DNA of 64,000 bases from Minisyncoccota bacterium (GTDB lineage Bacteria > Patescibacteriota > Minisyncoccia > Phycocordibacterales > Phycocordibacteraceae): positions 340,803 to 404,802 of the forward strand of contig DASWXP010000002.1 of NCBI GenBank assembly GCA_036405415.1, read 5' to 3'. Shown in pieces: positions 59,137-64,000 of this stretch. The notes under the pieces were generated by a model that was not told the DNA's origin, ran no database searches, and saw nothing but the letters and a program-made list of their open reading frames with translations. The translations under genes and the position numbers were made by a program. Position 1 is the stretch's first letter. Each line of letters opens with the position of its first letter.

Positions 59137-59514
59137 TTAGACGACCTCAGGGGCGATGCTTGCAATGTTCTGCCAGCCGCGATCAACGAGATCGCGCGGC
59201 ACCGGACCGAAGACACGGTTCCCCTTCGGACCCATCTCCTTACCCTGCTTCTCGATGAGGACAACGGCGTTGTCATCGAAGCGGACGTAAATGCCTGATG
59301 CGCGGCGGAACGCCTTCTTCTGGCGGACGACGACGGCCTTGTAGATGTCCTTCTTCTTTACGGGCTTCCTCGGCTCTGCGGTCTGGATCGATACGACCAC
59401 GACGTCGCCGATCTCCGCGTAGCGGCGCTTTGAACCGCCGAGCACCTTGAAGACGCGGGCTACCTTGCCTCCTGAGTTATCTGCGACGGTGACGATTGTC
59501 TGTGGCTGTACCAT
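59137..59514 (-). CDS. rplN: 50S ribosomal protein L14
   Basis: VADNSG, FDDNAVV and RVFGPV motifs. Confidence 0.98.
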   Translation of the reverse strand: MVQPQTIVTVADNSGGKVARVFKVLGGSKRRYAEIGDVVVVSIQTAEPRKPVKKKDIYKAVVVRQKKAFRRASGIYVRFDDNAVVLIEKQGKEMGPKGNRVFGPVPRDLVDRGWQNIASIAPEVV

Positions 59515-59525
59515 AACTAAAAGTA

Positions 59526-59765
59526 TTACTTAGCGATCTTGAAGGTCTTCAGCTTCGAGACCGGCGCGCAGGCGACGATGGTTACCTGATCCCCCACCTT
59601 TACGGTGTTGCCCTCGTCATGCACGAGGAACTTCTTGGTGCGGGTCTGGTACTTCTTGTACTTTGCGTGCTTCACGTAGCGGGAGACCGCGACGGTAGCC
59701 GTGTCCTTCATCGCCGTCTTTACGACGGTTCCCTGGAACGACTGAGGCTTGGTGGTGTTTTCCAT
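59526..59765 (-). CDS. rpsQ: 30S ribosomal protein S17
   Basis: GTVVKTAMKDT, HDEGN and PVSKLK motifs. Confidence 0.95.
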   Translation of the reverse strand: MENTTKPQSFQGTVVKTAMKDTATVAVSRYVKHAKYKKYQTRTKKFLVHDEGNTVKVGDQVTIVACAPVSKLKTFKIAK

Positions 59766-59773
59766 AGTAAATG

Positions 59774-59971
59774 TTATGCAGCCTTCTCTTTCGCGGTCTT
59801 CTCAGTAAGGAGGCGTGCGATATCCTTACGAACCTTCTTGCGTGCGGACGGATCCTTCGCGCGACCACCGGTCGCCTCGAAGCGGAGCGTGCGGAGCTCC
59901 TCGCGCTTCTCGACGAGAAGCTTTGCGATGTCCTCAGCACTCGTATCCTTGAATGAAGTCTTCTTTGCCAT
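59774..59971 (-). CDS. rpmC: 50S ribosomal protein L29
   Basis: ELRTLRF...RKDIARLLT; operon position. Confidence 0.93.
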   Translation of the reverse strand: MAKKTSFKDTSAEDIAKLLVEKREELRTLRFEATGGRAKDPSARKKVRKDIARLLTEKTAKEKAA

Positions 59972-59977
59972 ACCAGG

Positions 59978-60397
59978 TTATCGGGTGATCACGGTCGTCT
60001 TAAGCGGAAGCTTCGCGCCAGCACGGCGAAGTGCATCGCGTGCCTTAGCATCCTCAACACCGTCGAGCTCGAAGAGGATACGCCCTGGACGTACCTCGAA
60101 CACGAAGTGCTTCGGATCTCCCTTACCCTTACCCATACCCACCTCAGCCGGCTTGTTCGTGATCGGACGGTCCGGGAAGATGCGGATCCAGAGCTTGCCG
60201 CCCTTACCGGTTACGCGGGTAAGCACCTTACGAGCTGCCTCGATCTGATTCGAAGTGATGCGGGACGGGGTGGTCGCGCGAAGGCCGTAGGAGCCAAAGG
60301 ACACGGTGATGCCGCGGGTATCGGGACGCGCGAGCTTCTCCGGGGACTTGCGTCCGGTCTGCCACTTGCGGTGCTTTACTTTCTTAGGAAAAAGCAT
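59978..60397 (-). CDS. rplP: 50S ribosomal protein L16
   Basis: QIEAAR, WIRIFPD and MGKGKG motifs. Confidence 0.98.
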   Translation of the reverse strand: MLFPKKVKHRKWQTGRKSPEKLARPDTRGITVSFGSYGLRATTPSRITSNQIEAARKVLTRVTGKGGKLWIRIFPDRPITNKPAEVGMGKGKGDPKHFVFEVRPGRILFELDGVEDAKARDALRRAGAKLPLKTTVITR

Positions 60398-60408
60398 AGG
60401 TCGAAGTA

Positions 60409-61119
60409 TTAGCGGCGCGGGCCGTTAGTGCGCTCCTGTGCCGGGCGTGCGCTCTGCTCCTGAGTAAAGGTCTCACCGAGGTATACCCATACCTTGATGC
60501 CGATGACGCCGTACGGAAGGAGTGCCTCCGTGTGTGCGTAATCGATGTTCGCGCGGAAGGTCTGAAGCGGGATACGACCACGCTTGATCTGCTCGGTGCG
60601 GCTCATGTCTGCGCCACCAAGGCGACCGGACACCACGATACGGACACCCACAACCTCGCGGACTGCCATGACCTTCTCAACCGTCTGCTTGAGGACGCGG
60701 CGGAACGGCATGCGCTTCTCAAGGCCCTCAGCCACCATGTAGCCGATAACCTGAGCGCTGGTCTCCGGCTGGCGGATCTCCATGATGTCGAGCTTCACCT
60801 GAGGCTTCGCTGCACCCGTGGTCTTTGCATGCACGAGCTTGGTTACCTCGGCGCGGAGCTTGGTTGCGTTCTCGCCAGAGCGGCCGATAACCATACCTGG
60901 GCGTGCGGTGTGGAGGATGACGCGAACCTCGTTTGCGCCGCGCTCGATCTCGATGTCAGAGATGTGCATCTGCTTGCCGCGCTTCTTGAAGAAGGCACGG
61001 ACAGCCGCATCCGCCGCAATGTTCTCGCGGTAGGACTTCTTATCACCAGCGAACCAGCGGCTCTTCCAGTCACGGATGATGCCGAGGCGGTGTGCGTACG
61101 GATGGACAGTGTGAGTCAT
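60409..61119 (-). CDS. rpsC: 30S ribosomal protein S3
   Basis: RLGIIRDWKSRWF, RPGMVIG and GRIPLQTFRANID motifs. Confidence 0.98.
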   Translation of the reverse strand: MTHTVHPYAHRLGIIRDWKSRWFAGDKKSYRENIAADAAVRAFFKKRGKQMHISDIEIERGANEVRVILHTARPGMVIGRSGENATKLRAEVTKLVHAKTTGAAKPQVKLDIMEIRQPETSAQVIGYMVAEGLEKRMPFRRVLKQTVEKVMAVREVVGVRIVVSGRLGGADMSRTEQIKRGRIPLQTFRANIDYAHTEALLPYGVIGIKVWVYLGETFTQEQSARPAQERTNGPRR

Positions 61120-61124
61120 GGTAA

Positions 61125-61517
61125 TTACTTGGAATCAGCGGAAAGGCGCACGACGATGCGGCTGCGGCGCTTGCGGATAGGCGCTGCACGGCCCATAGCG
61201 CGCGGCATGAAGCGCACGAGCATGCCCGCAGAGTCAACGCGGATATCCTCGACACGGAGGCTCTCTACGTTCTCGCCGCGAGCCTTCGCGTTAGCAACGG
61301 CAGACTGGATGAGCTTCTTAACCGGCTCAGCAGCGCGCTTTGAGAGGAAGGAGAGCTCGGCGATAGCCTCCTCTGCCTTCTTGCCCTTAACGAGGTCAGT
61401 AACGAGGCGCACCTTGCGAGGCGACTGGTTGTAGGTATCGATAGACGCACGGATGGCCTTCTTTGCCTCCTCCTTACGTGCCTTTGCTGGCTGCTTGTGG
61501 GTGCCGACGGATGCCAT
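61125..61517 (-). CDS. rplV: 50S ribosomal protein L22
   Basis: SPRKVRLV, SAVANA and PRAMGRA motifs. Confidence 0.97.
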   Translation of the reverse strand: MASVGTHKQPAKARKEEAKKAIRASIDTYNQSPRKVRLVTDLVKGKKAEEAIAELSFLSKRAAEPVKKLIQSAVANAKARGENVESLRVEDIRVDSAGMLVRFMPRAMGRAAPIRKRRSRIVVRLSADSK

Positions 61518-61520
61518 ACG

Positions 61521-61868
61521 CTACTTCTTCTTAGCTGGAGCAGGCGCTGCCTTAGCGGCCTTTGCGGCTGCGATCTCGGCCTGCTTCTTCTTCTCCTCGA
61601 GCTGCTTCTGCATCTTACCGCCGTGACGTACGAACTTCTTGGTCGGCGAGAACTCGCCGAGGCGGTGGCCTACCATCTCCTCTGCTACGAGGACGTCTAC
61701 GTGCTGCTTGCCGTTATGTACGCCGAAAGTGAATCCGACGAACTCAGGCGGGATCTGGCTTGCGCGAGCCCACGTCTTAATCACGCCGGTCTCCGACGGC
61801 TTCTTGCCCTGAACCTTTTTCATAAGCTTCAGGTCAACGTATGGGCCTTTCTTGAGTGAGCGTGACAT
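61521..61868 (-). CDS. rpsS: 30S ribosomal protein S19 with a Lys/Ala-rich tail
   Basis: [17 protein letters not shown] and [12 protein letters not shown] motifs. Confidence 0.98.
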   Translation of the reverse strand: MSRSLKKGPYVDLKLMKKVQGKKPSETGVIKTWARASQIPPEFVGFTFGVHNGKQHVDVLVAEEMVGHRLGEFSPTKKFVRHGGKMQKQLEEKKKQAEIAAAKAAKAAPAPAKKK

Positions 61869-61907
61869 GGGATAGACAATGGAAAGCCCGCCAAGCGGGA
61901 TAGATAG

Positions 61908-61936
61908 AATCTATAGGAAACGTGAATCTATGTCAA
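61908..61936 (-). promoter_or_regulatory. Internal sigma70 promoter for rpsS and downstream genes
   Basis: TTGACA-N17-TAGATT on the minus strand. Confidence 0.7.
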
Positions 61937-61996
61937 ATTTAGGGCCTCCGTGCTAGGGTTCTGGCAGGTGTTCAATTCCTCGATGGGGCAGATTCG

Positions 61997-62452
61997 ATGC
62001 GCATATCACCGGTTATTGGAATCCAATTCTGGAATTCCTACCCAGGACGGGCTTCTTGGCAGCCTGGAGACCTAGATACGACCCGCCTTCGGTGCGGAGA
62101 CCCGTGCAAGGTGCTTATGCCGCTTTTAGAGCGGCTCGACAAGCTTGATAGGAGCGAGCAAATCGCTGAACGAAGGCTTTGGGGAGCCACCAACCGCCCT
62201 ATCCAGCTCTTCTGGAGTTGGCGCATGAGTCATCTCAGACGGTCAGGCGTAAAGACCCTAGCCAAGGCCAAAGCGCACATTCAGAAGCTTCTGGAAGGGA
62301 GACTGCCGGAAAGAAAAGGACGTGAAGTCTTCTTGATAGAGCGTGGCGAGGATGGATTTCTTCCTATGCACGAAAATGAGCGCAGGCACATCTCGCGCAA
62401 ACTCGCAGATTCAGTCCGGACTGTGCTATTCCTGGCGAGCCCTTCCACCTGA
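61997..62452 (+). CDS. Hypothetical basic protein (ORFan)
   Basis: 151-aa ORF filling the gap; no recognised motif. Confidence 0.5.
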   Translation: MRISPVIGIQFWNSYPGRASWQPGDLDTTRLRCGDPCKVLMPLLERLDKLDRSEQIAERRLWGATNRPIQLFWSWRMSHLRRSGVKTLAKAKAHIQKLLEGRLPERKGREVFLIERGEDGFLPMHENERRHISRKLADSVRTVLFLASPST

Positions 62453-62516
62453 TACGCTTTCCGACCGGGTCCTTGCTTCAGCAAGGACCCGTTTCTTTAG
62501 GCTATACTTTCCACAT

Positions 62517-63332
62517 ATGATCGACCTCACTTCCCCGTCTGCTAGGCGTGCAGAACTCCTCGGTGCCGCAGCCCTCATAGCCCTCGTTCTCGGCTTCACG
62601 CTCTGGTATATGGCCACGCACCAGGCTCCAGAGCCGTATTCCCCGACTCCTGAGACCGAAGAGGTGGCTGAGTCGCTTCCGCCAGAGACCTACGAAGAGC
62701 ACGGCCAGTACTTCGATATAGAGGCCACCTACCCTGCCGAGACCCCGCTCAAGGCAACCGCAGGCGAAGACGCAGACGCCGCGGCCGTAGCGCTCATGGA
62801 GGATTTCGTAGATGAGACTATCGCGGACTTCAAGCGCCAGGGCAATTTCGACAACCTCACCCCTGAGGACGTGCAGATCATGGGTCTCTCAGACACCCGC
62901 AAAGAGTCCCTTACCCTTCTTTACGAGGAGCGCATGGGAGACGACACTATTACCTACGTATTCACGCTCCACGTTGATACCCTCGGCGCGCACCCGAACA
63001 CCTTCTACCGCTCCTTCACCTTCGATCGGATCTCAGGCAAGGAAATTGCTATACAGAACCTATTCGTATCAGGTTCCGGATACCTTACCCGACTTTCCGC
63101 AATTGCTGAGTTTGAGCTTTCGAAGCTCCTCGGCGAGTTCGCAGATCTCGACTACATCCGCCAGGGCGTGGCCGCAGAGGCAATAAACTTCCAGAGCTAC
63201 GCTATAGAAGGCCAGGATCTCATCCTCATCTTCCCGCCGTATCAGGTAGCGCCCTACGCCGCAGGCACGCAGACCGTCGCGATCCCGCTTGCGCAGCTCG
63301 CAGAGATTCTGAAGCCTGAGTATCGTCCCTAG
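62517..63332 (+). CDS. DUF3298/RsiV-like membrane-anchored protein
   Basis: TM helix; GAHPNT..SFTFD and FPPYQVAPYAAG motifs. Confidence 0.85.
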   Translation: MIDLTSPSARRAELLGAAALIALVLGFTLWYMATHQAPEPYSPTPETEEVAESLPPETYEEHGQYFDIEATYPAETPLKATAGEDADAAAVALMEDFVDETIADFKRQGNFDNLTPEDVQIMGLSDTRKESLTLLYEERMGDDTITYVFTLHVDTLGAHPNTFYRSFTFDRISGKEIAIQNLFVSGSGYLTRLSAIAEFELSKLLGEFADLDYIRQGVAAEAINFQSYAIEGQDLILIFPPYQVAPYAAGTQTVAIPLAQLAEILKPEYRP

Positions 63333-63401
63333 TGCACGCGACATAAGGGTTCGTTTCTGCTATAAACGACATCAGTCTGTACACAACAACCGGGGGCAAG
63401 T

Positions 63402-63713
63402 ATGAATCAATGCACGCCGTGCAAACGAGTCATTCAGGCGATCGCAAAATCGCTTGCGCAACTCGATGCAGCGACAGGGTCTGACCCTACGAAGGCCATA
63501 CAATATGTTCGCGTGAACTCGAAATTCGAAACTCTTCCTCGGAAGGTATTCACGAATATTTTTATCGAGCCTATACAGATCTCTGACATGGTCCGTGAAG
63601 TGATCGTCAGGATCACGAGAATGCTTGGAGACTTCATGCAGGACATCATCGTGCTTACCGTGCGTCTCGAATGGCATGACGGCCGCTGGAGGCGTATCGG
63701 TCCTTGCTATTGA
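63402..63713 (+). CDS. Hypothetical protein (ORFan)
   Basis: 103-aa ORF, lower GC, hairpin after the stop. Confidence 0.45.
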   Translation: MNQCTPCKRVIQAIAKSLAQLDAATGSDPTKAIQYVRVNSKFETLPRKVFTNIFIEPIQISDMVREVIVRITRMLGDFMQDIIVLTVRLEWHDGRWRRIGPCY

Positions 63714-63797
63714 ACTGTACGCCCGGTTCCGAGGGGTCCTAGAACGGGACCCCTTCGCTTATATAAAGAAAAAGCCCCGCTTCCGCGGGGCCTTCTC

Positions 63798-64000
63798 TTA
63801 TCGCTTCTTTCCGACCTTGCGGCGGCTAACGATAAATTTGTTCGAGTACTTCTTCGGGGTACGGGTCTTCTGGCCCTTGCCGGTTGGCTTACCCCACATG
63901 CTCTTGGCACGGCGGAGACCGCGGCCCTGAACGCCCTCACCGCCTCCGTGCGGATGGTCTACCGGGTTCATGGCAGTACCGCGGACGGTTGGGCGGATGC
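63798..64000 (-). CDS. rplB: 50S ribosomal protein L2, C-terminal part (runs off the window end)
   Basis: [21 protein letters not shown]. Confidence 0.97.
   Translation of the reverse strand, partial: IRPTVRGTAMNPVDHPHGGGEGVQGRGLRRAKSMWGKPTGKGQKTRTPKKYSNKFIVSRRKVGKKR

Overview
A 64 kb, GC-rich, gene-dense bacterial chromosome segment using genetic code 11. Its content points to a Patescibacteria/CPR organism, probably Parcubacteria: rpmD/L30 is missing between rpsE and rplO, there is a CPR-style type IV pilus locus, several surface proteins carry peptidoglycan-binding (PG-binding) domains, and core genes lack SD motifs. Housekeeping genes include a shortened prfB, gatCA, ligA, a pilMNO-pilB-pilT-pilC-pilin locus with comF, nfi, malic enzyme, recG, ftsH, smpB-ssrA, infC-rpmI-rplT, ndk and most of the S10/spc ribosomal protein cluster. 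There are seven tRNAs, a tmRNA and a compact 6S-like RNA. The main candidate for a new system is a five-gene module at about 9.1-14.2 kb: an OmpR-family regulator, a SAM methyltransferase, a ThiF adenylyltransferase, a GNAT/FeeM-like acyltransferase and a multi-TM histidine kinase. It looks like a small-molecule signal synthesis and sensing (quorum-sensing-like) circuit, and a shared upstream motif precedes three of its genes. Other oddities: the same A31-C39 mismatch in three tRNAs, a tRNA-Ile(UAU), a variant initiator tRNA, pervasive leaderless-type promoters while SD motifs are confined to accessory genes, two pilins with 98 bp identical 5' ends, and ORFan insertions that split the ribosomal operons. 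No CRISPR array, transposase or integrase was seen. All family calls come from recognising motifs by eye, not from database searches.
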